A stretch of DNA of 64,000 nucleotides, taken from an uncultured Chloroflexia bacterium (lineage in GTDB: Bacteria; Chloroflexota; Limnocylindria; Limnocylindrales; CSP1-4). Numbering within the stretch: the first letter of the stretch is position 1; each line of letters starts with the position of its first letter. Shown in pieces: positions 19,955-32,316 of the stretch. The DNA lies in assembly GCA_963720755.1 (NCBI GenBank), contig CAVRGP010000002.1, positions 352,001 through 416,000 of the forward strand, given 5' to 3'. Under the pieces are notes generated by a model, which worked only from the letters and a program-made list of their open reading frames with translations, made no database searches and was not told the origin of the DNA. Both the position numbers and the translations under genes were made by a program.

Positions 19955-21958
19955 TCAGGCGTCGGCGACCGCTCCGGCGAACTGCGCGTTGTACAGGTCC
20001 GCATAGGCCCCACCGCGGGTCAGCAACTCATCGTGGGTGCCCTGCTCGACGATCGACCCGGACTGCATCACCAGGATCAGGTCGGCGTCCCGGATCGTCG
20101 ACAGTCGATGGGCGATGACGAAACTTGTCCGGTCGGCGCGCAGTGCGGCCATGGCGTGCTGCACCAGCACCTCCGTCCGGGTGTCCACCGAACTCGTTGC
20201 TTCGTCCAGGATCAGCAGTGCCGGGTTCGCCAGGAACGCCCGGGCGATGGTGATCAGCTGCTTCTCGCCGGCGCTGATGTTGCTGCCCTCGTCGTCGATG
20301 AGCGTGTCGTATCCGTCGGGCAGTGAGTGCACGAACCGGTCGACGTAGGTGGCTCGCGCGGCGGCCATCAACTCCTCCTCGGTGGCATCGGGCCGGCCGT
20401 AGGCGATGTTGTCCCGGATGGTGCCGGCGAACAGCCAGGTGTCCTGCAGCACCATGCCGATCCGGGACCGCAGATCGGCCCGCGTCATCTCCGCGACGTC
20501 CACGCCGTCCAGGGTGATCCGGCCGGCGTCGATCTCGTAGAACCGCATGATCAGGTTGACCAGGGTGGTCTTGCCGGCGCCGGTCGGCCCGACGATGGCC
20601 ACCGTCTGCCCGGGGGCGGCCGCGAGCGAGAGGTTTTCGATCAACGGGCTCTGCGGGTCGTAGCTGAAGGCGACGTCGTGGAACTCCACCCGGCCCCTGG
20701 CGTCAAGCACCCGGGCCGGCTCGACCGGGTCCGGCGACTGCTCCTCCGCGTCCAGGAACTCGAAAACCCTTTCTGCCGAGGCGATCCCGGACTGCAACAC
20801 GTTGGCCATCGAGGCCAGTTGGGTCAACGGCTGGGTGAACTGCCTGGAGTACTGGATGAACGCCTGCACGTCCCCGAGCGACATGGTGCCGGAGGCCACC
20901 CGCAGGCCGCCGACCACCGCGATCGCGACGTAGGTCAGGTTCCCGATGAACATCATCGACGGCATGATGATCCCGGAGATGAACTGAGCGCCGAACGAGG
21001 CCCGGTACAGCTCGTCGTTCTTGGCATCGAAGGCCGCCTGCGCGTCGGCCTGCCGGCCGAAGACCTTCACCAGGCTGTGTCCGGTGAACGTCTCCTCGAC
21101 CCGGGCGTTGAGCTCGCCGGTGCTGCGCCACTGCGCGATGAACCGCGGTTGCGAGCGCTTGGCGATCAGCGTGGTGACGACCAACGACAGCGGGATCGCG
21201 ATCAGTGCGACCAGCGCGAGCAGCGGCGAGATGATCAACATCATCGTCAGCACCCCGACCACGGTGAGCAGCGAGGTCAGCGTCTGGGACAGGGTCTGCT
21301 GCAGGGACTGGGAGATGTTGTCGATGTCGTTGGTGACCCGGCTGAGCACCTCGCCGCGCTGGTGTTTGTCCAGGTAACTCAGCGGCAGCTTGTTCAGCTT
21401 GTCCTCGACCTCCGCCCGCAGCTTGAGGATGGTGCGTTGCACGATGCCGTTGAGCAGGTAACCCTGCAGGTAGGCGAAAACCGACGACAGCACGTACAGC
21501 ACCAGGACGATCATCAGCACCGACCCCAGCGCGCTGAAGTCGATGCCCTGACCGGGGGTCACCGTCATCCCGGAGAGGAGGTCGGCGAAGGAGTCGTTGC
21601 CCTCTGCGCGGGCGCCGTCGATGGCCTGCTGCTGGGTGATGCCCGCGGGCAGCTGCTTGCCGACGATGCCGTCGAAGATGATGTTGGTGGCGTTGCCGAG
21701 CAGCTTGGGGCCGAGCACCGCGAACACCACACTGATCACGCCCAGCAGCACCACGAAGATCAACCCGATGCGCTCGGGCTTCATCCGGCGGAGCAGCCGT
21801 TTGGCGGACGGCACGAAGTTCAGCGACTTTTCGGCGGGCATACCCATGCCGCCGAACGGACCGCCGCCACCCCCGGGACCGGTGCGGGGCGGGGGAGCGA
21901 ACTTCGGCCGCTCCGGTGCGGCAGCGACCGGCGCCGGCCGCTTGTCGGTGCTCGTCAT
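19955..21958 (-). CDS. ABC exporter, fused permease + ATPase (heterodimer subunit 2)
   Basis: [30 protein letters not shown]. Confidence 0.93.
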   Translation of the reverse strand: MTSTDKRPAPVAAAPERPKFAPPPRTGPGGGGGPFGGMGMPAEKSLNFVPSAKRLLRRMKPERIGLIFVVLLGVISVVFAVLGPKLLGNATNIIFDGIVGKQLPAGITQQQAIDGARAEGNDSFADLLSGMTVTPGQGIDFSALGSVLMIVLVLYVLSSVFAYLQGYLLNGIVQRTILKLRAEVEDKLNKLPLSYLDKHQRGEVLSRVTNDIDNISQSLQQTLSQTLTSLLTVVGVLTMMLIISPLLALVALIAIPLSLVVTTLIAKRSQPRFIAQWRSTGELNARVEETFTGHSLVKVFGRQADAQAAFDAKNDELYRASFGAQFISGIIMPSMMFIGNLTYVAIAVVGGLRVASGTMSLGDVQAFIQYSRQFTQPLTQLASMANVLQSGIASAERVFEFLDAEEQSPDPVEPARVLDARGRVEFHDVAFSYDPQSPLIENLSLAAAPGQTVAIVGPTGAGKTTLVNLIMRFYEIDAGRITLDGVDVAEMTRADLRSRIGMVLQDTWLFAGTIRDNIAYGRPDATEEELMAAARATYVDRFVHSLPDGYDTLIDDEGSNISAGEKQLITIARAFLANPALLILDEATSSVDTRTEVLVQHAMAALRADRTSFVIAHRLSTIRDADLILVMQSGSIVEQGTHDELLTRGGAYADLYNAQFAGAVADA

Positions 21959-23688
21959 GCCGCCACCTCCGCCGCCAGCTGGGACTGCACGATCTCGATG
22001 AAGGTCGGGCAGCTATCGATCAATTCGTCGTAGCTTCCGTTGCCGACGATGAGCCCGTCCTCCAGGACGATGATCTGGTCGGCGTCGGCGATGGTCGACA
22101 CCCGTTGCGCGACGATGATCACCGTCTTGTCCCTGGTCGTGGGTCTGAGCGCGGCTCGCAGCCGGGCGTCGGTGGACAGGTCCAGCGCCGAGAACGAATC
22201 GTCGAACAGGTAGATGTCCGGCTTCGCGACGAGCGCCCGGGCGATCGCGAGGCGCTGCCGCTGCCCGCCGGACACGTTCGACCCGCCCTGCGAGATCGCC
22301 GATTCCAGCCCGTCGGGCATGGCCGCGACGAAATCGCGGGCCTGCGCGATGCTCAGGGCGGTCCACAGGTCCTCGTCGGTGGCCGCCGGGTTGCCGTAGC
22401 GCAGGTTGGACGCCACCGTCCCGGAGAAAAGGAACGGCTTCTGCGGCACCAGACCGATGCGGTCCCAAAGTTGGTCGGGTTCGAAGTCCCGGACGTTCAC
22501 GTCATCGACCTTGACGGCGCCCGCGGTGGCGTCGAACAGCCGCGGGATGAGCGAGAGCAGGGTGGTCTTCCCGGCGCCGGTGGAGCCGACGATCGCGGTC
22601 GTGGTGCCGCGCCGGGCCCGCATCCTGATGTTGCGCAGCACCGGTTCGCTGGCACCGGGGTAGCTGAATTCCACGCCGTCGAGCAGCACGTCGCCGGTGC
22701 GGGTGGCGGGGTTGATGGGCTTCGCCGGCGGCACGACGGAGGATTCCGTGCGCAGCACCTCGCTGATCCGGTCGGCGCTGACGGCGGCCCGCGGGACCAT
22801 CACGGCCATGAAGGTGGCCATCATCACCGACATCAGGATCTGCATCAGGTAGTTGAGAAACGCCATCAGGGCGCCGATCTCGATGTCGCCGTTCTCCACC
22901 CGGTGACCACCGAACCACAGCACCGCAACGCTGGACGCGTTCAGCACCAGCATCACGGTAGGGAACATCAGCGCCATCAGCCGGCCGGCCCGGACCGCGG
23001 TGTCGGTCAATTCCTGGTTGGCACCGGCGAACCGGCGGGTCTCCAGGGGCTCCCGGACGAAGGCCCGGACCACCCGCACGCCGGAGATCTGCTCGCGCAG
23101 CACCCGGTTCACCACGTCGATCCGCGCCTGCATCAACCGGAACTGCGGGACCATCCGCACCACGATCAGGCTGATCGCGACGATCAGCACCGGCACGCTG
23201 ACCAGCAGCAGCCAGGCCAGTCCCAGGTCGGTACGGAGCGCCATGATGACGCCGCCGACGCACATGATCGGCGCGGCAACCAGCAGGGTGCACGTCATCA
23301 GCACCAGGATTTGCACCTGCTGCACGTCGTTGGTGTTGCGGGTGATCAGCGTGGGGGCACCGAAGGAGGCGACCTCGCGGTCGGAGAAGGTCCCTACCTG
23401 GTGAAACAGCGAGGCCCGGACGTCCCGGCCGAAGCCCATCGCGGTGCGGGCGCCGAAATAGACGGCGATGATGGTGCAGACGATCTGCAGAATCGTCACG
23501 CCCAGCATGATCCCGCCGGTGGAGATGATGACACCGGTGTCGCCCGTGGCCACCCCGTCGTCGATGATCTCGGCATTGAGTGCCGGCAGGTACAGCGAGG
23601 CGATGGTGCCGATGAGCTGGAACAGCACGACGGCGGCCAATGGGCCGCGGTAGGGGCGCAGGTAGGTGCGCAACAGTTGGAGCAACAT
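21955..23688 (-). CDS. ABC exporter, fused permease + ATPase (heterodimer subunit 1)
   Basis: [16 protein letters not shown], degenerate [12 protein letters not shown]; GGAGG RBS. Confidence 0.92.
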   Translation of the reverse strand: MLLQLLRTYLRPYRGPLAAVVLFQLIGTIASLYLPALNAEIIDDGVATGDTGVIISTGGIMLGVTILQIVCTIIAVYFGARTAMGFGRDVRASLFHQVGTFSDREVASFGAPTLITRNTNDVQQVQILVLMTCTLLVAAPIMCVGGVIMALRTDLGLAWLLLVSVPVLIVAISLIVVRMVPQFRLMQARIDVVNRVLREQISGVRVVRAFVREPLETRRFAGANQELTDTAVRAGRLMALMFPTVMLVLNASSVAVLWFGGHRVENGDIEIGALMAFLNYLMQILMSVMMATFMAVMVPRAAVSADRISEVLRTESSVVPPAKPINPATRTGDVLLDGVEFSYPGASEPVLRNIRMRARRGTTTAIVGSTGAGKTTLLSLIPRLFDATAGAVKVDDVNVRDFEPDQLWDRIGLVPQKPFLFSGTVASNLRYGNPAATDEDLWTALSIAQARDFVAAMPDGLESAISQGGSNVSGGQRQRLAIARALVAKPDIYLFDDSFSALDLSTDARLRAALRPTTRDKTVIIVAQRVSTIADADQIIVLEDGLIVGNGSYDELIDSCPTFIEIVQSQLAAEVAA

Positions 23689-24427
23689 CACTGGCCTCCG
23701 GGGGGACGTGCTGACAAGATGTGACGGGTCGATTCGGTGGTGAACTGTTCGACGCGGGGTTGAGTCTTCCCCCGGCTCTGACTGCGGGGAAACTGTTTTC
23801 TGAGCGCTGATGCCGTGCATCAGCAGTTCGACGATCTCGCCGCTCGACATCGGGTGGCCCTCGTTGATCCGTGGGTGCACCCCGGCGAAGCTGATCAGCC
23901 GGAACATCCGGGCCGCCTCCGCCGGGGGCAGTCGGAGCGCGCCGCGGTGCGGCAGCAGCAGGTCCGTCAGCGCGTTGTTGACCTCGGTGAGGTCCGGTGG
24001 GGTGGTCGCGGTCGCGGGTCCGCCGGCGCTGTTCACCACGACGAACTTGGACATGTCGCGTTCGCTGCCGGGCGGTCCGGTGACGCGCAGCATCCACATG
24101 ATCTGACCGACGCTCTCGAAGCGCCGCCGCATCACCTCGACGGCCCGGATGAGGATCTGCTCGAGGTCCTCGACTTGGGTCGATGCTGCGCAATTCGTCG
24201 ACGAGCGGGGCCGGGTCCAGCACGCTGTGCACCACCGCGGTGATCAGCGCGTCCTTGTCGGCGAAGACCCGGAAGATGGTGCCCTCGGCGATGCCGGCGG
24301 CAGCGGCGATCTCCCGGGTGGTCACCGTCGCGCCGTGATCGCACACCAACGGCGTGGCGGCCGCGATGATGGCGGCGCGGCGCTCGTCCGCGGGCAGCGG
24401 GGCAGCTCTGCTGGGGGTTGAACTCAC
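23688..24427 (-). CDS. TetR/AcrR-family regulator (frameshift near 24170, probably a second one)
   Basis: ERRAAIIAAA..TTREIAAAAGIAEGTIFRVFADKDAL; TGATG overlap with the ABC gene. Confidence 0.8.
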
Positions 24428-24433
24428 CGCCGC

Positions 24434-24463
24434 ACCGTACTGAGTGAGGACTCACTCAGTCAA
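24434..24463 (-). promoter_or_regulatory. Leaderless promoter (TTGACT-18-TACGGT) overlapped by palindrome ACTGAGTGAG-GA-CTCACTCAGT
   Basis: Perfect 10-bp inverted repeat at 24439-24460; -10 ends 6 nt before the GTG start. Confidence 0.75.
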
Positions 24464-24764
24464 GCAGATCTCGCGGAGAGCGAACGTCTGTTGCCACCGG
24501 GGCCAGCCGGGCTCAGAGGCCACAGCCCGGGTCACGGGTCGCGGAGACGGAAGAGCCCGGCTGTCCCTGTACGAAACAGGAAACAGCCGGGCTCTGGCGA
24601 GGTTCTCGGGTCCCGCCGCGGGTCGTGGTCATCGCCCGGTGGCGTGGTTGCGGTTGCCCGGGGAATGCCGTGATTCCAGGGTTGTCCGCATCAACGGCGC
24701 CAGCGACCGCGCTGATGGGGTGATCGAGAACTGATGACGGAAAAGGACTGTGGCTCCTTCTTGA

Positions 24765-25100
24765 TCACATCACCTTCCCCTCGGGATTCGACGAGCAGGA
24801 CATCTCCGGCGGCGGAGGCGACCGGGGTCCACCCGTCCGAGTTCCGGGTCGGTGGCCGGGTGATCCCGACGGAGCCTTTCCCGGCACTGAATCGGGCCCG
24901 ACGTCGGGCCCGGGCCGACCCGCCATCGATGGGCGGACGGGCCGTCGACGCACGGGTGGCACGAGCATTTCTGACGGCTCGCACACAATGGCGTCGAACT
25001 CCATGTCGAGCCATTCCGGCTCGGCACACACCAGGTCGATGAACTGTTGATCGATATCGGTTGGAGTTGTACCGCAGACGTTCTCACGATCACGAACCAT
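24765..25100 (-). CDS. Small hypothetical protein
   Basis: GGAGG RBS; DQQFIDLVCAEPEWLDMEFDAIV segment and RSPP near the end. Confidence 0.5.
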   Translation of the reverse strand: MVRDRENVCGTTPTDIDQQFIDLVCAEPEWLDMEFDAIVCEPSEMLVPPVRRRPVRPSMAGRPGPDVGPDSVPGKAPSGSPGHRPGTRTGGPRSPPPPEMSCSSNPEGKVM

Positions 25101-25217
25101 TCTTCACCTCCCCGCAACAATGAACGTGAGTCCCTCGTGACGTGGTGATCTGCCTTTTTTATAGCACCACCGCGGTGGGGTGCTCAAGCGTTGCGGGGAG
25201 ATTTTTTTCCGACTCTC

Positions 25218-27033
25218 TCAGGTGACGATCCGCGGGTACTCCGGTCGCCACATGGCCTCGGTGACCTGCCTGATCGGGTCGTCGAACGTCGACCCGGGCC
25301 AGGCCCTCGCGCGACCGCGGTGTTGGCCACCGCGATGGCCACGGCCGCTGATACGGCGCGCAGATCGTCCATCGGCGGCAGCAGCGCCGCACCGCGGGTG
25401 TTCGCGTTGGACAGCCTTGGCCACCGCGTCGGCGGCCGCCGCGATCATCGCGTCACTGATCCTGGACGCCTTCGCGACGGTGACCCCCAGGCCCAGACCG
25501 GGGAAGACCAGCGCGTTGTTGGCCTGCGCGATCCGGTAGGTCGCCTCGTCGTGCACGACCGGCTCGAAGGGGCTGCCGGTGGCGGTGAGCACCTGGCCGT
25601 CGGTCCAGGCGATCAGGTCGTGCGGCAGCGCCTCGGCCTTGGACGTCGGGTTGGACAACGGCAGGATGATCGGCCGCTCGGTGTGCGCGGCCATGTCCTT
25701 CACGATGGCCTCGGTGAACGCGCCGGAATGGGTGGAGGTGCCGATCAGGATGGTCGGGTGTACCTGCGCGACGACCTCGGCCAGCCCGATCCGGTCCGCC
25801 CCGCCACCTGGCCAGGTGCTGACCTCGGCACGGGATCGGGCGTAGGGCTGCTGGAAGTCCAGCAGACCCGGCATGTCATCGACCATCAGGCCCTGGCTGC
25901 CCATCGGGTAGAACCGGCGCGGTGGCCTCCTGCGCGGTCAGTCCCTCCCGGACCATCTGGTCGCGCATCATGTCCGCGATGCCCAGGCCCGCGGTGCCGG
26001 CGCCGTAGATGACGATCCGCTGGTCGCTCAGCCGGGTGCCGGCCGCCCGGATCGCGGAGAAGATCGCCGCCAGCACGACGGCCGCAGTGCCCTGCATGTC
26101 GTCGTTGAAGGTGCAGACCTGGTCGGCGTACTTGTCCAGGATCCGGCGGGCGTTGGTGGCGCCGAAATCCTCCCAGTGCAGCATCGCGCTGGGGAACAGT
26201 TTGCTGACCGCGGCGACGTAGGCCTCGATCAGGTCGTCGTAACGATGGTCGCGGTAGCGGGCGTGCCGTTCGCCCAGGTACATGTCGTCGTTGAGCAGCC
26301 GAAGGTTGTCGGTGCCCATGTCCAGCACGACCGGCAGCACCCGGCGGGGGTGGATGCCGGCGGCGGCGGTGTAGACCGCGAGCTTGCCGATCGAGATCTC
26401 GATGCCACCGACGCCCTGGTCGCCGATCCCCAGGATGCCCTCGGAATCGGTGGCGACCAGCAGGTCGACGTCGTCCGGGCCGAGACCGGTGTTGCGCAAG
26501 GCGGTTTCGACGTCCTCGGGATGGTCGACGGACAGGTACACGCCGCGGGTGCGGCGGAACTCGTGGCTGAACCGTTCGATGGCCAGCCCGACGGTGGGGG
26601 TGTAGACGACGGGCAGCATCTCGCTGATGTGTTCGGACAGCAGCCGGTAGAACAGCACCTCATTGCGGTCCCGTAGGTTCGCCAGGTAGACCCACTTGCG
26701 CAGGTCGCTGGCCTGTTCGCTGTACTGCCCATAGACCCGGCGGAGCTGGCCCTCCAGGGTCGAGACGCCGGTCGGCAGCAGACCGGTCAGGCCCAGCGCC
26801 TCCCGTTCGGCCAACGTGAACGCGGTGCCGCGGTTGATCGTCGGCGAGGCCAACACGGAGCTGCCCCGCAGCCGGATGCTCGCCTCGACGCCGGTCGGGG
26901 TGACCACCAGTTCGTACGGCCGGCCGGCCGGCTTTGCCTGCGTCGCAGGGGGGTTCGGCTTGGCGGCAATCACCTCGGCGGTGATGTCGGACGCGTCGTC
27001 GGGTGCGCTCAGTGGGTAGTCCATCGTCGTCAT
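25218..27033 (-). CDS. NAD-dependent malic enzyme (frameshifts near 25915, 25400, 25320)
   Basis: LPVVYTPTVG, ILGIGDQG, TFNDDMQGT, GAGTAG, PLSNPT, AQANNALVFPG. Confidence 0.9.
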
Positions 27034-27322
27034 TGACTCTCCTCGTCGGAATTCGCTGCGGGCTCGATGATCACCCTGTCCCGATCCGAGCGCTGGGTCA
27101 CGCATAAGTACATAACGAAACCAACCGACAGGGCGTCGGCGGCCGGCGGACCTCGTTCGCTGCGGGCACGGTTGCGCAGGGGTTCGGAACTCCTCGGCAG
27201 TAGTCCGACCTAGGTGGTACGACAACCGATGTCCCTGGGTAGGTTGAGGCCGTCGGGGGCCTCGACCCTGCTGGCGATGCGCCAGGAAACTCGACCTCAC
27301 GCCAACGGCGGAAGGATTTTTC

Positions 27323-28835
27323 ATGCCCAGCGACAAGCCCAACGTCCTGCTGATCATGGCCGACGACATCGGCTGGTTCGATGTGGGCGCCTATCACCGC
27401 GGGATCATGGGCACCAAGACGCCGAACATCGACCGGATCGCTGCGCAGGGCGCGATGATGACGGACAACTATGCGCAGGCGAGTTGCACGGCCGGCCGCG
27501 CGGCCTTCATCACCGGGCAGATTCCGCTCCGCACCGGCCTGACGACCGTCGGGCTGCCCGGGGCCGAGCAGGGCATCCAGCCGAGCGACCCGACTCTCGC
27601 GGAGCTCTCAAGCCCGAGGGCTACCTCACGGCGCAGATCGGCAAGAACCACCTCGGTGACCGCAATAAGTTCCTGCCCGACCGTGCACGGCTTCGACGAG
27701 TTCTACGGCAATCTCTACCACCTCAACGCCGAGGAGGAGCCCGAGCAGCCGGAGTACCCGAAGGAGCTGCCGATCTTTCAGCGATGTTCATGCCGCGCGG
27801 CGTACTGGACTGCAAGGCGACCGATGTCGACGATCCCACGGTCGATCCGCGCTTCGGCCGGTCGGCAAGCAGACGATCCGCGATACCGGTCCGCTCACCC
27901 GCAAGCGGATGGAGACCATCGAGGAGGATCTGCTCGCGCACTCGCTGGACTTCATCGAGCGCTCCGTTGCGGCCGACGAGCCGTTCCTGCTGTGGCACAA
28001 CACCACCCGAATGCACGTCTGGACCCACCTGTCGGAGCAGTGGAAGGACAAGACCGGCCTGGGGGTCTACGCCGATGGCATGGCTGAACTGGACTGGGTG
28101 GTCGGGGAACTGCTCGCCAAGCTCGATGAGCTCGGCATCGCCGACAACACCGTGGTGGTCTTCGCCAGCGACAACGGCTCGGAGGCGTTCACCTGGCCGG
28201 ACGGTGGCACCTCCCCGTTCCGCGGCGAAAAAGGCCTGGGCTGGGAGGGCGGCTTCCGCTCGCCGCTGGCGATTCGCTGGCCGGGCACGATCCCGGCGGG
28301 CCAGGTACTGAACGGCATCTTCTCTCTCGAGGACATCGTGCCGACCGTGATGGCAGCGGCCGGTGTGCCGGACATCAAAGAGAAGCTGCTGGCGGGCCAT
28401 GACGCCGGCGACAAGCACTTCCGGGTGCACATCGACGGCTACAACCAGCTGCCGTACCTCAGCGGTGAGGTCGACGAGTCGCCTCGGCATGAGTTCTTCT
28501 ACTACGGCGAACAAGACCTGTTCGCGCTGCGTTACAACAACTGGAAAGTGCACTTCCAGACCAAGGACGACTGGTTCGGCGGAGCCTTGCTCAAGACCAC
28601 GGTTCCCCGGCCGGTCAATCTTCGGGTGGACCCGTTCGAGCGGCACATGGAGGATCCCTACTACCCGATCTACGCCGGCGAGAAGCTCTGGACGGTGCTG
28701 CCGGCGGCCGCTATGGTCGCGCAGCACATCGCGACGTTCACCGAATTCCCGCCCACCCAGGCGCCGCCGGACTTCAATCCGCAGGCGATCGTGGACAAGG
28801 TCGTGAACGCGGCGGCTCAGCGGCATGGGAACTAA
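27323..28835 (+). CDS. Arylsulfatase (several frameshifts at 27600-27870)
   Basis: PNVLLIMADDIG, SCTAGRAAFITG, GKNHLG, SDNG, GEKG..WEGGFR. Confidence 0.9.
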
Positions 28836-28860
28836 GTCCCGGCAACGAAAGGGCGTGGGG

Positions 28861-29836
28861 GTGACCGGCAGCGAACCGGCGGCCGCGGACGGCCACCCCG
28901 GCATGCGGTGGATCCCCGGCGGGACTTTCCTGATGGGGTCCGATGGTGCATTATCCGGAGGAGGCGCCCGCACATTCTGTGGCCGTGGACGGGTTTTGGA
29001 TGGACACCGCCGCGGTGACGAACAAGCAATTCGGACGGTTCGTCGCCAGCACCGGCTATGTGACGCTCGCCGAACGCCCGCCCGACCCGGCGGACTATCC
29101 CGACGCCGACCCGACGCTGCTCAATCCGTCGTCATCGGTGTTCGTCAAGCCGCAGCAACGGGTCTCGCTGGACAACCCCTACAACTGGTGGACGTACATC
29201 CAGGGCGCGCAGTGGCGGCATCCGCAGGGCCCGAACAGCTCCATCCAAAAGCGGGGTGACCACCCCGTCGTGCACGTCGCCTGGGAGGACGTCGAGGCCT
29301 ACGCACAGTGGGCCGGGAAGGAGCTGCCGACCGAGGCCGAGTGGGAGTTCGCCGCGCGTGGCGGGCTCGACGGCGCTGCCTATGCCTGGGGGGACGAGTT
29401 GACCCCCGACGGCCGGTGGATGGCCAATACCTGGCAGGGCGAGTTCCCGATCCAGAACACCGGTGACGATGGCTTCGAGGGCACCGCACCGGTCGGCAGT
29501 TTCCCCGCCAATGGGTACGGACTGTTCGACATGATCGGCAACGTGTGGGAGTGGACCACCGATTGGTATCTCCCGCACGGTCAGCTCTCGCATACCTGCT
29601 GCACGGTCGAAAACCCCCGCGGCGGACGTCGTGAGGACAGCCTGGACCCCGCGCTGCAGGGGATCTCGATCCCTCGGCGGGTGATGAAGGGCGGATCGCA
29701 CCTGTGCGCGCCCAACTACTGCCAGCGCTACCGGCCCGCGGCACGAATGCCGCAGCACGTCGACACCTCGACATCCCACCTGGGATTTCGCTGCATCCTG
29801 CGATCTGAGAATCGAGGAGAACAGGCTGATGAGTGA
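28861..29836 (+). CDS. Formylglycine-generating enzyme, SUMF1 family (frameshift near 28945)
   Basis: GGTFLMGS, HYPEEAPAH, LPTEAEWEFAARGG, GNVWEW, KGGSHLCAPNYCQRYRPAAR. Confidence 0.9.
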
Positions 29837-30004
29837 CACCCCGCTGGCCAGTTGACGAGCCGGCAAGGTCAAGGACGCAATCCTGGATTTTCTGGACCGG
29901 GCGACCACCCCGGGCGGCACTGATTTCGCGGCACGGTGAAGGTCACGGAGCTGGGCTGGACCGTGGTCAGCATGGAACATGACCGGGACAACCTCTACGG
30001 ATAG
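29829..30004 (+). pseudogene. Internally deleted HAD-family hydrolase remnant
   Basis: MSDTPLAS*RAGKVKDAILDFLDRATTPGGTDF joined to ELGWTVVSMEHDRDNLYG*. Confidence 0.6.
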
Positions 30005-30334
30005 CTGACCGACCGCTGAGGAGGCCAGCCGGCCTCCGACCTGACGGCGACCCGCATCACGAGCGGCGGTTCCGTCGGGGCGCCGGAGGACCATCGAATC
30101 GTTGACCCGGCATGGCAGTGGGGCACCCGCACGCGACCTTGCTGGCTGCAGTACGGAGCCATCCCCGCCCGAGTGGCTGCACGCCGGTGGGCCGCCCATC
30201 GTGGGGGACTAACGGTTCGTCGCTTTGCGATCGCCGCCGGTAAAAGTACCCGTTCCTCACTATCCGGCAATGACCTGCTCGTTTACTGTCAGCTGCGGTG
30301 TTCGGACCAACTCTTCTCCCCTGGTGAGGCGTGC

Positions 30335-31897
30335 ATGACGATTGACGGATCGGGAAAATCAGGCGGCGGGACCGGGCCACGGCCCGACGGTCACCACCAT
30401 CCGCAGGTCGAGAAGGGGCTGGCCGAAGGATCGGTGGGGTTACTGGGCGGCACCGTCCTCGGCATTTCCAGCGTCGCCCCGGCCTACGCGCTGACCGCCA
30501 CCATCGGGCTGGTGGTCGCGGTCGCCGGGGTGAAGATGCCGATCATCTTCATCGCCGGGTTCCTGCCGATGTTCTTCGCCGCGTACGCCTACCGCGAGTT
30601 CAACAAGGTCGACCCGGACTGCGGCACCTCCTTCACCTGGACCACCCGCGCCTTCGGGCCTTATGTGGGCTGGCTCGGCGGCTGGGTGGCGGTGATCGCC
30701 ACCATCATCGTGCTGGCCAACCTGGCCGGGATCGGAGTGCAGTTCCTCTACCAGTTGCTCGGCAGCATTTTCAGCAATCCGGAGCTCGGTGACCTGTGGC
30801 AGAACCGACTGGTCAACGTGCTGACCTGCCTGGCCTTCCTGGTGCTGGCGACCTTCATCGCCTACCGGGGCATCACCACCACTGAAAAGGTCCAGTTCGT
30901 GCTGGTCTTCTTCCAGCTCGCGGTGCTGGCGCTGTTCGTGATCATGGCTTTCGCGAAGGCCGGCGGGCCGGACGATCCGGACGGCATCCCGTTCTCCTGG
31001 GACTGGTTCAACCCGTTCACCGGGTTGACGGTCAGCGCGCTGGTCGCGGGCCTGTCGGCGTCGATCTTCTCGTTCTGGGGCTGGGATACCGCCCTCACCG
31101 TCAACGAGGAATCCAAGGATTCCGACAAGACCCCTGGCCGGGCCGCGCTGCTGTGCGTGGTGTCCATCCTGCTGACGTACCTGCTGGTGTCGGTGGCCAC
31201 TCTGATGTACGCCGGTGACGGTGACACCGGAAACGGGCTGGCCAACGAGGACATCCAGGACAACGTGTTCGGCGCACTGGCCGAGCCGGTGATGGGTGCG
31301 CCCTGGCACAACCTGCTCTTCCTGGCGGTACTGGCGTCCTCGGCGGCCAGCCTGATGACGACCTTCCTGCCGTCGACCCGCACGATGCTGGGGATGGCGT
31401 CGTACAAGGCGTTGCCTGCCCGGTTCGCCAGCATCCACCCGAAGTACCTGACTCCGGGTTTCGGCACGATCGTCGCGGGGATCATCGCCGGGACGTTCTA
31501 CGCGGTGCTGACCTTCATCTCCGAGTCGGTGCTGTTCGACACCATCCTGTCCCTCGGCCTGATGATCTGCTTCTACTACGGGCTGACCGCGATCGGCTGC
31601 ATCTGGTACTTCCGCAAGGAATTGTTCACGAGCTTCTACAACTTCATCTTCAAGTTCCTGTTCCCGCTGCTCGGCGGTCTCGGGCTCTGGTTCGTCTTCA
31701 TCGTGACCATCCGGGACAGCGCGGATCCGGAGTACTCGGGGTCGAGCGTGTTCGGGGTGGGTACGGTCCTCGTGCTCGGGCTCGGGTTCATCCTGATCGG
31801 CGTGGTGTTCATGCTGATCTGGCGCGCGAAGGCCCCGGCCTTCTTCCGCGGCGAGACGTTGCGTCGGGACACGCCGACGCTGATTGTCCCGGAGTAG
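30335..31897 (+). CDS. APC-family amino acid/polyamine permease
   Basis: GISSVAPAY, PDCGTSFTW, FWGWD, NEES; multi-TM. Confidence 0.9.
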   Translation: MTIDGSGKSGGGTGPRPDGHHHPQVEKGLAEGSVGLLGGTVLGISSVAPAYALTATIGLVVAVAGVKMPIIFIAGFLPMFFAAYAYREFNKVDPDCGTSFTWTTRAFGPYVGWLGGWVAVIATIIVLANLAGIGVQFLYQLLGSIFSNPELGDLWQNRLVNVLTCLAFLVLATFIAYRGITTTEKVQFVLVFFQLAVLALFVIMAFAKAGGPDDPDGIPFSWDWFNPFTGLTVSALVAGLSASIFSFWGWDTALTVNEESKDSDKTPGRAALLCVVSILLTYLLVSVATLMYAGDGDTGNGLANEDIQDNVFGALAEPVMGAPWHNLLFLAVLASSAASLMTTFLPSTRTMLGMASYKALPARFASIHPKYLTPGFGTIVAGIIAGTFYAVLTFISESVLFDTILSLGLMICFYYGLTAIGCIWYFRKELFTSFYNFIFKFLFPLLGGLGLWFVFIVTIRDSADPEYSGSSVFGVGTVLVLGLGFILIGVVFMLIWRAKAPAFFRGETLRRDTPTLIVPE

Positions 31898-32034
31898 CCG
31901 AAGATGTACTGTTCGTGAGCCTCGAACGGGTCGCCTTCTGATCCATTCGACTTGTTTCACGCTGCATTCGCTCACAGACACATTCGGACGGACGGCAATC
32001 CGGCAGACGTGTCGCCCGTTAGGGGACTGAAACT

Positions 32035-32316
32035 GTGCTCAAGAACTCGATGATCGTCGCTGCGCTGACCGTGGTTGGCCTGGTCGTCGGCACTGCCGTG
32101 GTTTCCGCCTCGACCCACTACGCCGACCTGTGCGTTGCCGCCGCCTCGGTCATGGGCGTCGCGGGTGGCTCGTCGGGTGGGTCGGCGCTCGCCAGCACCG
32201 GCTCGTCAGTGAACGTGGGTCTGTGGGTGTTGATCGGGCTCGGGGTTCTCTCGGTCGGTGCGGCACTCACCCTGGTGGGCCGCTCGGGGCGGCCGTCCTC
32301 ACGGGTCAGTTCCTGA
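32035..32316 (+). CDS. Tiny secreted protein with LAXTG-type sorting signal
   Basis: Signal peptide, LASTG, hydrophobic segment, RSGR tail; AGGGG RBS. Confidence 0.5.
   Translation: MLKNSMIVAALTVVGLVVGTAVVSASTHYADLCVAAASVMGVAGGSSGGSALASTGSSVNVGLWVLIGLGVLSVGAALTLVGRSGRPSSRVSS

Noticed and set aside
21955-24135. Apparent TetR C-terminus fused in frame to the ABC transporter (726-aa ORF)
   Set aside because: The ABC gene has its own RBS and a TGATG overlap at 23688; the fusion is best explained by an indel error
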